Source: a bacterium (GTDB taxonomy: Bacteria > UBA8248). Taken from it: DNA of 64,000 nt. The notes under the pieces were generated by a model. That model did no database searches. It was not told the origin of the DNA and was given only the letters and a program-made list of their open reading frames with translations. Positions within the stretch are counted from its first letter, which is position 1; the number at the start of each line of letters is the position of its first letter. Made by a program: the position numbers and the translations under genes. Below are positions 19,493 to 27,617 of this stretch, piece after piece. Location of the stretch: NCBI GenBank assembly GCA_965219955.1, contig OZ244799.1:2912001-2976000 (forward strand), read 5' to 3'.

Positions 19493-20220
19493 TTTTTCAA
19501 CAACCCCTGAAAGCAGCCCTTCGAGGGGTGTCGGCCCTTTCCTCCACAGACCGGACGCGCTCGCCTCCCCGCCTTGAACGGCAACCCCCCTACCCCCCTT
19601 AACAGGGGGGTCTTTTTGTTGCTCCCCCCTGTCGAAGTGAAAGAATCAACTCCCCCCTTGAGGGGGAGTCGCAGAAGCCGAGCGGTTTGTGCGAAGGCTG
19701 ATGCGGTGGGGGGTAAAATGCGTTTTATCGCCAGTCCGAATTATACCCCCCACCGATTCGGTTTCGGGTTTACACCCTCACCTCATCGACTCCCCCTCAA
19801 GGGGGGAGTGAATTCCTTTCTAGTTGGTTGGCAAAAAGCCTCAAGGGGGGAGTTGATCTTGCTCGTTCATCGGGGTTTTTTTACCCCCCTGTTAAGGGGG
19901 GGTAGGGGGGGTTATTGCCTTGCCGAAGGGAGTGTAGGGGCCGCATATATGCGGCCCTGCCTTTTCGCCTTCACAAATGCGGGTCGCATATATGCGACCC
20001 CTACACACCGCTTCGTTTTTTCCAGCCAATCGAGCGGACACGCCGGACCCCGGACAGGTCGCGACCTGTCCCTACGTTCCGCGTATCAAGACGACCCGTA
20101 GGGGTCAGACATATATGTCTGACTATGTGTCCGCCCTGCCCTATGGGTCCCCCTCTGCAATCGATTCAATGCACGGATGCACATCCCCGGACAGGCACGG
20201 GGGCCTGTCCGCTACGCCCC
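19493..20220. repeat. REP/BIME-like mosaic
   Basis: tttttcaacaacccc end, ACTCCCCCCTTGAGGG element 19649-19809, several GTAG-REPs; 19842-20075 repeats 16030-16274. Confidence 0.85.
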
Positions 20221-20300
20221 CGCGTTTCGAAACGAACCTGCAGCAGGGCGGCTCTCTATGGCCGCTCTACCTCGTGAAACGTCCGATTCTCGTGCGAATG

Positions 20301-20777
20301 CTATTGTGAGGTGCGCCGTATGAGTTCCCTGAGCGCCTCGCTCTGGTCTGCAAGCGCCGCCATGGATTCGCGGTGCCGGTCTTTTTCCGCCTCGCTTTGT
20401 TCTGCGAGCGACGCCATGGATTCGCGGTGCCGATCTTTTTCCGCCTCGCGCTGGACGGCCAGCGCCGCCATGTGTTCGCGGTGCCGGCTGTCAATCCCCT
20501 CCATGGATTCGCGGTGCCGGCCTTCAATCACCTCCATGGATTCGCGATGCCGGCGATCCATCACCTCCATGGATTCGCGGTGACTGCGATCCATCGCCTC
20601 CATGGTTTCGCGGTGCTGGGCGTCCCGGTGACGCGCGGCCTGGCGCATGAAGTAGAGGCCATACGCGATCAGGGAGCACTGCGCGGCCCCGACGAGAGCG
20701 GCGACCCAAACGGAGGCCTGCTGCGCCGCGAGGGTGGCTTGCTGGATTGCGAGGGTTGCGGTTTCGAATTCCGTCAT
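20301..20777 (-). CDS. Hypothetical membrane-anchored protein with tandem HRESM repeats
   Basis: Hydrophobic segment, then (R)HRESME/A units on a 33-bp period and then a 54-bp period; GGAGA RBS before ATG 20777. Confidence 0.7.
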   Translation of the reverse strand: MTEFETATLAIQQATLAAQQASVWVAALVGAAQCSLIAYGLYFMRQAARHRDAQHRETMEAMDRSHRESMEVMDRRHRESMEVIEGRHRESMEGIDSRHREHMAALAVQREAEKDRHRESMASLAEQSEAEKDRHRESMAALADQSEALRELIRRTSQ

Positions 20778-21092
20778 TCGTCTTTCTCCCACCAAAGTGT
20801 AGTGGGTCCTCTGGCGTTCTCCTTGAATCTAGCGAGGCGCCGCGCGCTTCGTCAAGCGTGGTCAAACGCTGGTGATGAACAAGGAATTGCGGTTATACGT
20901 AGAGACCGTTCATGAGAACGGTCCGGGGTCGCGGACCCCGGACAGGCGCGGGGGCGTGCCCGCTACGAAAACCGTAAAATCATAACGAACCCGTAGGGGC
21001 GGCCCTCCGTGGCCGCCCTGCCCTATGGGTCCCCCTCTGCAATCGATTCAATGCACGGACGCACGGCCCCGGACAGGCACGGAGGCCTGTCC

Positions 21093-22964
21093 CTACGGTC
21101 TGCCCTGCCCGGCCTGCTCTCTTTCCATGTCCGCCGCGTCCCCGCCCTCGCTCTCATGCACGCTCTCCCCGCGATGCAGCCGGCGGGCGATGGTCGCGGT
21201 CTGGTGCCTGGCGCGCTGGGTCGGGGAATGCGCGGCGAGAAAGCGGGTCACGGCTATCAGGATGTGACCGCTTTCGGGCTCACCCGCCCACTCGCGGTAC
21301 TGCTGCACGCCCGCCTCGTACATCTGGAACATGTGAAAGCTCGCGTCCTCGCGCAGGAGCGCATGGCCGAGCGTCGCGATGATGCCTGCGGGGTCATGGC
21401 CCTGGCTCAAATACCGGGCGACCAGCCGCGCCGCCGGCTGGACCTGCTGCTGGCGGTCCATCGCATCGAGCAGGCCCTGGCGGAGCGCCGCCGCGTCCCC
21501 GGGGAGCCGGGCCAACGCCGCAGGCTCCTCCTCCGGCAGCCGGGCCGGGGGCACGTTGAGAAAGCGGTTCGTATAGACCGCCATGGCGCCGTGGAACACG
21601 CCGCGCACCACGTCGCCATGGGCCTCGGGCGGCTCCTCGCCCGCCGCGGTGATGCGCTTCAGAGCCTGATGCAATGCGTTGGCGTAGGTGAAGGCGTGAA
21701 GCGCCGCGTTCCAGTCGGAAAACTCGTTCGAGGTGCCGAAGCGCGCCACGCGGATCGCCGCCGCATAAGCGAGCGCGCGGGAGAGGTCCGTCGGCCGGGC
21801 GCCGGCGGCGATGGCAGCATTGATGGCGGCGATGATGGGCCCGGCCTCCTCGCCGAGGATGGCCCCGGCCAGCGCGCGGTGCTCCCGCCAGACGCCCTTC
21901 GCCTCCGCCCCCTTCCTGAAAAGCTTGGGCAGCCCGGCGAAGGCCGCTTCCAGGAGGGGCACCAGATCGAGCGGGTGGCGCCAGGCGTTCGCCTCCTCCT
22001 CGCCGCGCGCCGTCACCATGGTCTTGACCACCGTGGGCAGGATGGCCTCGGCGTGTCGCCAGCCGATGGCGTCGAGGCACTCCATCGCCTTGTTGATGAA
22101 ATCGAGGCTGTGGCCGCGATCGGCGTAGTAGCGATCGGTCTGTGCGGTGACCAGGAGCTCGGCGAGTTCCGCGGGCGTCGCACCGGCGGCGATCGCGGTC
22201 AGCACGGTGCGCTCCGCGCCGTCGCGGTGGCGCACCAGGGACCAGTGCCGGAGCCAGTCCCGCATGGTGTCCGCAGGCGGCGCGGCATCGGCCAGGGGCT
22301 TGCGGTCGCGGCGCGGCATCTCGCCGGCGCAGTCGCCGGCCACCTCGGAGATGCCCTTGAACAGCGCGAGATAGCGGTCGTCCTCATCGAGGGCCGGCAG
22401 CACGTTCGCCAGCGCGGCCAGAATCGTGGAACCGGCGCTCCAGTCGTCGCGGTTCCGCGCGCCGAACAGGAAGGCGTCGGCGAGGATATCGGCGTCCGCA
22501 ACGGATTGATCGAGCAGGCCGAGCACCGCCTTCCCGGACACCAGGTCCAGGTCGTGCGCCATGGCGTCGCCGAGCCGCGTGCGCCAGTAGTCGCCCTCGT
22601 CGGGATAACTGCAATCGGCCGCGACCCAGACCGCGTCGCCCCGCACCTCGACCCTGGCCCTCGGCACGTCGTCGGCCCACAGATCGAAGGTGCAACCGCT
22701 CTCGAGATCGAAGCGGGCGTGATGCCAGTGGCAGGTGAGGATGCCGTTCTCCACCGACCCCCGGTGGAGCGGGAAGCCGAGATGGGGACAGCGGTTGTCG
22801 AGCGCGTGAAGGCGGCCTCCCTCATACACCACGAGGATGGGATGGCGCCGGCCGCTCACCACTTTCATGCGCTCGCGCTTGAGCTCCTCCAGCGCGCCGA
22901 CACGAATGAAATCGCCCGCCTTTATCGACTTGCGGCGGGATTCCGGCTTGCGTTCCGTCATCAT
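21093..22964 (-). CDS. Rieske (2Fe-2S) domain protein with long helical C-terminal region
   Basis: NRCPHLGFPL ... LTCHWHHARFDL Rieske motifs; GGAGGG RBS. Confidence 0.85.
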   Translation of the reverse strand: MMTERKPESRRKSIKAGDFIRVGALEELKRERMKVVSGRRHPILVVYEGGRLHALDNRCPHLGFPLHRGSVENGILTCHWHHARFDLESGCTFDLWADDVPRARVEVRGDAVWVAADCSYPDEGDYWRTRLGDAMAHDLDLVSGKAVLGLLDQSVADADILADAFLFGARNRDDWSAGSTILAALANVLPALDEDDRYLALFKGISEVAGDCAGEMPRRDRKPLADAAPPADTMRDWLRHWSLVRHRDGAERTVLTAIAAGATPAELAELLVTAQTDRYYADRGHSLDFINKAMECLDAIGWRHAEAILPTVVKTMVTARGEEEANAWRHPLDLVPLLEAAFAGLPKLFRKGAEAKGVWREHRALAGAILGEEAGPIIAAINAAIAAGARPTDLSRALAYAAAIRVARFGTSNEFSDWNAALHAFTYANALHQALKRITAAGEEPPEAHGDVVRGVFHGAMAVYTNRFLNVPPARLPEEEPAALARLPGDAAALRQGLLDAMDRQQQVQPAARLVARYLSQGHDPAGIIATLGHALLREDASFHMFQMYEAGVQQYREWAGEPESGHILIAVTRFLAAHSPTQRARHQTATIARRLHRGESVHESEGGDAADMEREQAGQGRP

Positions 22965-23160
22965 CCCTCCATTCCGCGCGGGGCGGGGAGGCTTCGCCGC
23001 CTCGTTCGTCCCCGAACGTCCGCATCACCCTACCGGCGGAACAGCTCCCCGGCAAGAGCAGGTTCTTCAGGCCATCCGCTCAGGGATGGTTTGCGCGCGG
23101 ACCAGGGAGACGGCGCGGACGGCGGGCACGGCGGAGGCGAATTCCCTGACCCCCCTTAAC

Positions 23161-23705
23161 GAGCCTGTTGAAAACCCTCTCCGCCTCATCCTGAGTAGCG
23201 GCCCCTCGACTTCGCTCGGGACAGGCTCCGCCGTTGCCCGACACCCTCATCCTGAGTAGGCGCGTAAGCGCCGTATCGAAGGATGCCCTGTCGCCACGGC
23301 GCGAGTTCCTCGCCCTTCGATACGCCGCCTTCGGCGGCTACTCAGGGTGAGGAAAGAGGCGTTGGCGGTTTGCGGGGATCGCTTTCCACCGAGGAGAATC
23401 CTAAATTCACTCCCCCCTTGAGGGGGAGTCGACGAGGTAAGGGCGAAGCCCGCAAGCGAGTCGGTGGGGGGACATGCCACGGATAAAATCTCCCCCCACC
23501 ACATCGGCCTTCGCACAAACCGCTCGGCCTCTGTCGGGCTTCCCGAGGGGAAAGCCCGACCCCCTCAAGGGGGGAGTTGATTCTTTTTTGCAGGAGGTTG
23601 TTTTTTTGCCCCCCTGACAAGGGGAGGTAGGGGGGGTTGCTTTTCCGGCGTCCCCTTCGACAAACGCAGAGACCCCGGACAGGCACGGGGGCCTGTCCCT
23701 ACGGT
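23161..23705. repeat. REP/BIME-like mosaic
   Basis: cctgttgaaaa end; tcatcctgagtag..gtatcgaagg family (inverted copy of 6323-6413); ACTCCCCCCTTGAGGG element 23409-23577; GTAG-REP. Confidence 0.85.
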
Positions 23706-23710
23706 CTCCC

Positions 23711-24112
23711 CTACCCGGCCTGCTCCCGCTCCATGTCCGTCGCGAGATCCCGCTGGTCGACGAAATGCGTGTCCTCGTGCAGGTAGCCCGCGAAATTGTC
23801 CAGGCGGATGGGTCCGGCGGCCTCGAAGGCCACCGTGTCTTCGAGGTAGTCCGCCTGGTGCTCGGTGTGCGGCGGCACGTACCAGACGTCGCCCGGCTTC
23901 AGCACCGCCACCGGGTCGTCGCCCGCCTGGACGCGGGCGGAGCCGCTGATGAGGCAGAAAATCTGCTCCGCCTCGTGGTGGTGCCTGCGGGTGGAGTTCC
24001 CGCCTTTCGCGTGGATGTAGCTGATCATGCAGTGCTTCCCGCTCACGAGGCCCACTTCCACCCCCGGGAACGGCACCTTTACGGGCAGTTCGTCCCAATT
24101 CGTCACCGGCAT
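23711..24112 (-). CDS. Cupin domain protein
   Basis: HHHEAEQ and GDVWYVPPHTEH cupin motifs; AGGAG RBS. Confidence 0.88.
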   Translation of the reverse strand: MPVTNWDELPVKVPFPGVEVGLVSGKHCMISYIHAKGGNSTRRHHHEAEQIFCLISGSARVQAGDDPVAVLKPGDVWYVPPHTEHQADYLEDTVAFEAAGPIRLDNFAGYLHEDTHFVDQRDLATDMEREQAG

Positions 24113-24147
24113 TTTCGTCTCCTTTTTGTGAAACCAATCAGGCAAAG

Positions 24148-24182
24148 TTGACAGTATCTAAGAGTATAAATATACATGTCAA
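24148..24182 (-). promoter_or_regulatory. Sigma70-like promoter / palindromic operator upstream of the cupin gene
   Basis: ttgacagtat...atacatgtcaa inverted repeat; on the - strand TTGACA-18 nt-GATACT. Confidence 0.45.
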
Positions 24183-24394
24183 AACCACTTTCATTTACAT
24201 AATTCATCCGTTCAAGAAAAGAAATGTCAGAAACGGCAAATCCTTATGGTGCTCTGGAAGGGATTCGGGAAACAAGCGAGGTACGAGAGTGGATTCAGGA
24301 TTTCCAAAGAACGGACAGGAATCTTTATCGTAAAATCGAACTGGAAAAAGAAAAATCGGGAACTTATATACTATAGTGCCTGAAATGCCCGAAA

Positions 24395-24835
24395 CTATTT
24401 GGTCTTTTTGGTGGGAGTATCCACTACGATCTTTGCTCCACCGCGCGCGGTCAACACCTTGATAAGCAATTCATTTATCAACCTGATTTCGTCCTTGATT
24501 TCCTTCTCTATCAACCTGATTTCGTCCTTAATTTCCTTCTCCGCCTTGTCGATTTTCGTATCGAATTTCGTATCCAACTTGTCAATTTTCACACTCACCG
24601 CGCGGATGATATTTTTCAGGTCTACGATATCACCATCCAGCCTTTTGACTTCAACGTCCAGTTTGGTTTTCAGAGCAGTATTGCGAGCTATTTGGGTTGC
24701 ATCCTGCTGTGCGAGCGCCCACCTATTCGATGTGGACGATACAGTGATCACCCCCAGTATCACCAAGGCGCAAGTCCACAAACCAGCATGTTCTTTAATC
24801 CACTTGAGCCACTCACCCATCAGGTAGTCCCCCAT
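24395..24835 (-). CDS. Low-GC hypothetical membrane-anchored coiled-coil protein
   Basis: N-terminal hydrophobic helix; KIDKLDTKFDTKIDK and a duplicated EKEIKDEIRLI (33-bp repeat); AT-rich relative to neighbours. Confidence 0.65.
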   Translation of the reverse strand: MGDYLMGEWLKWIKEHAGLWTCALVILGVITVSSTSNRWALAQQDATQIARNTALKTKLDVEVKRLDGDIVDLKNIIRAVSVKIDKLDTKFDTKIDKAEKEIKDEIRLIEKEIKDEIRLINELLIKVLTARGGAKIVVDTPTKKTK

Positions 24836-24926
24836 TTCGGTTACAAGTATTCGGGTTTTTCAGGGCAATGTCAAACCTGCTTTAGCGCCCGAAATGCCTG
24901 AAACCACTGGAACTATTGTATGTAAT

Positions 24927-25470
24927 TCCCCTGTTAGGGGGGCTGTTGAAAAAGGCCTACGGAGCGATTTTGGTTGAGCGCACGCTTTTGAAGTCCACTC
25001 CCCCCTTGAGGGGGAGTCGAGGAAGCCGAGCGGTTTGTGCGAAGGCTGACTCGGTGGGGGGAGGTTTACCCTGTGGCATGTCCCCCCACCGAATCGCTTT
25101 CGGGCTTACGCCCTCAGCTCTTCGACTCCCCCTCAAGGGGGGAGTGAATCCTCTCTCATCGGGGTTTTTCTTCCACCCCCTCCTCATGGGATAAAGGCAA
25201 CCCCCCTAGCCCCCCTTAACAGGGGGGTCTTTTTGTTGCTCCCCCCTGTCGGGGGGACCTTTTTTCTTTTACCCCCCTCGTCGGGCGTCGCCTTTTTATA
25301 CCCCCCTGTCAAGGGGGGGTAGGGGGGGTTGGTTTTCAAGCCGAGGGGAGACCGTAGGGACAGGCCTCCGTGCCTGTCCTAACGAAGGACAACCACGGAG
25401 GGTTGTCCCTACAATTCCTCGCGCGTCAATCGCGATTCACCCGTAGGGGAGGACCCGTGTGTCCTCCCAC
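24927..25470. repeat. REP/BIME-like mosaic
   Basis: ggggctgttgaaaaa end, ACTCCCCCCTTGAGGG element 24997-25145, ccccctgtcaagggggg units, GTAG-REPs at 25354 and 25443. Confidence 0.85.
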
Positions 25471-25485
25471 CGCATTCATATCCGC

Positions 25486-26394
25486 CTACACCTCCTGCAG
25501 CCTCCTCACGGCTTCGGCGGGCAGGGATTCGCCGCATGCGGCGTTCTGCACCGATTGCTCGGGCGTCCGGATGCCCGGGATCACGCAGCTTACGTTCTCG
25601 TTCGAGACGCAGAAGCGGATGGCCGCCTGGGCCGCCGAAATCCCGAGATTCTCCGCCACCTCGCGGGTGCGGGCGAGCTGGGTCTGGAACTTGCGGATGT
25701 TCTCGGGCGAGAGGATGCCCTTTCTCCGGTCGCCTTCGGCGAACTCGAACGCCTCGTCGATGCGGCCCGAGAGAAAGCCCCGCTTGAGCGGCACGCGGGA
25801 GATGACGCCCACGTCCGCCGCTTTCGCGCGGGCGAAGGCGGGCGCCGCCTCCTGGCTGATGACGTTGTACTCCATCTGCATGGTGGAGGGCTTGTCCTGC
25901 TCCGCGGCGAGGTTGCACTCCTCCACCGTGTTGATCGAAACGCCCCAGTGTTTGATCTTCCCGTCGTCCTTCGCCTTCTCGAGCAGCGCGTAGCTGTCCT
26001 CGGCCGCCATGTTGTCGACGTTCGGGTTGTGGAGCTGGTAGTAGTCGATAACGTCCATCCCGAGGCGCTTCAGGCTCCCCTCCAGGCAGCCCGCGATGTA
26101 TTCAGGCGTGAAATTGCGCGCGCCCGTCGACATGTCGTTCCCGCCCTTGGTGAAGATCAGGATGTCGGCGCGGTCTGCCCGCTCGTTCAGGAACTTGCCG
26201 ATGACGGTCTCGCTGTGGCCGGCGCCGTAGGCGTCAGAGGTGTCGATGAAGTTCATGCCGGCGTCGATTGCGGCGTGCAGCGCGCGGTTGGACTCGCCGT
26301 CGTCCACCGGGCCGAACACGCCGCCGATGGTCATGGCGCCGAAGCCGATGACCGTGACTTCGAGGCCCGTGCGTCCGAGTGTTCTTTTTTCCAT
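25486..26394 (-). CDS. Aldo/keto reductase
   Basis: RTLGRTGLEV, NFIDTSDAYG, SLKRLGMDVIDYYQLH, IPGIRTPEQ. Confidence 0.92.
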   Translation of the reverse strand: MEKRTLGRTGLEVTVIGFGAMTIGGVFGPVDDGESNRALHAAIDAGMNFIDTSDAYGAGHSETVIGKFLNERADRADILIFTKGGNDMSTGARNFTPEYIAGCLEGSLKRLGMDVIDYYQLHNPNVDNMAAEDSYALLEKAKDDGKIKHWGVSINTVEECNLAAEQDKPSTMQMEYNVISQEAAPAFARAKAADVGVISRVPLKRGFLSGRIDEAFEFAEGDRRKGILSPENIRKFQTQLARTREVAENLGISAAQAAIRFCVSNENVSCVIPGIRTPEQSVQNAACGESLPAEAVRRLQEV

Positions 26395-26552
26395 TTTTTT
26401 CTCCAATAAGAAGGTAGAATTTCAACGATCCGGCGGGCTATTCCAGATAACCCTGAACCGATTCCGGAAAACAGTGATTGTACGGATGCGCGCGATGGCG
26501 GCTGCATCATAGCTTCCCCGCCGCGGGATGCGCAATCGAACCTGCTGATATG

Positions 26553-26793
26553 GGGGTTGTTGAAAAAGTCCTTGCAGGTCGGGCCAAATCACTCCCCCCT
26601 TGAGGGTCTGGCTTCCCGAGGGGAAAGCCAGACGAAGAGCTAAGGGCGTAAGCCCGCAAGTGATTCGGTGGGGGGTATAATTTGGAATGGCGATAAAACG
26701 AGATTCACCCCCCACCGAGTCAGCCTTCGCACAAACCGCTCGGCTTCCTCGTCTGGCTTTCCCCTCGGGAAGCCAGACCCTCAAGGGGGGAGT
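26553..26793. repeat. GGGGTTGTTGAAAAA end plus ACTCCCCCCTTGAGGG hairpin element
   Basis: Element 26591-26793 with terminal inverted repeats and inserted ggctttcccctcgggaagcc hairpins. Confidence 0.8.
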
Positions 26794-27030
26794 TGATATC
26801 CTCTTTCATCAGCCCTCATTCTGCCACAAGCCGCAACCCCGCCCTCTCGAAAACGCCCCGCAATTCCCCGCAATTGCCGTCACTCCCGAAACAGCGGACT
26901 GCGCTATCGTGCGCGCGACGCGGGAAAGGGGTTTTCCCCGGCGGATCGAGGCGCAGGAAGAGGAGGCTTTCTCATGGAATGCGGCGACGGGGCGAGAGTG
27001 AGGGCGACGAACCCCCCAACCCCCCTTGTC

Positions 27031-27215
27031 GGGGTTGTTGAAAAAGTCCTCCCGAAGAACGGAGGGAATCCCGATCATCGAATTGTTTACCGTAGGGACA
27101 GGCCTCCGTGCCTGTCCTGACGAAGGACAACCATTGAGGGCAGGACAGGCACGGAGGCCTGTCCCTACAAAACCATCGTACCCCCACCGCTTGAAACGAC
27201 TTTTTCAACAGACCC
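27031..27215. mobile_element. MITE with 16-bp TIRs and 5-bp target-site duplication, inserted in a REP palindrome
   Basis: TTGTC | ggggttgttgaaaaag ... ctttttcaacagaccc | TTGTC; removing it restores cccccaacccccc-ttgtc-agggggg. Cargo is an inverted GTAG-REP pair. Confidence 0.75.
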
Positions 27216-27617
27216 TTGTCAGGGGGGCTTTTTCTCGCCGGAAGTGTTACGGGAATGGATTCAGGAACGGCACGGAAATGAAAATAATGATATTTTCGAT
27301 AAAATCAGATAAATTCACGGGGTTTTTCGATAAATTCCTGAAAATTTCTTTTCTCTTAACTGGTTGTAATGTAAGGAGTTGCCCTCATATCTCGTCCCTC
27401 CGCACCCTGATTCGGCGATAAAAAAAGTTTTTGGCTCCCCCGCATTTGCCCGCAACTGCCCGCATTCGGGCGCGCCGGCGGGAGCGGCAATCAGAGGGCG
27501 GGGCGGCCCCCCTGCCCCGACCCGCCTGAACCGGGCGCCCGTATACGAAACGCCCCGCCTGGGCTATAATCGCCGCATCCAACCCAACCGTATCCGCATC
27601 ACCATGTGGAGGAAGAC

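Noticed and set aside
20350-20620. Regularly spaced ccatggattcgcggtgccgg repeats resembling a CRISPR array
   Set aside because: Period is 33/54 bp with short related spacers, in frame within a CDS, and there are no cas genes.
27420-27600. GC-rich possible hairpins upstream of the amidohydrolase
   Set aside because: No recognisable riboswitch motif; pairing is expected by chance at this GC content.
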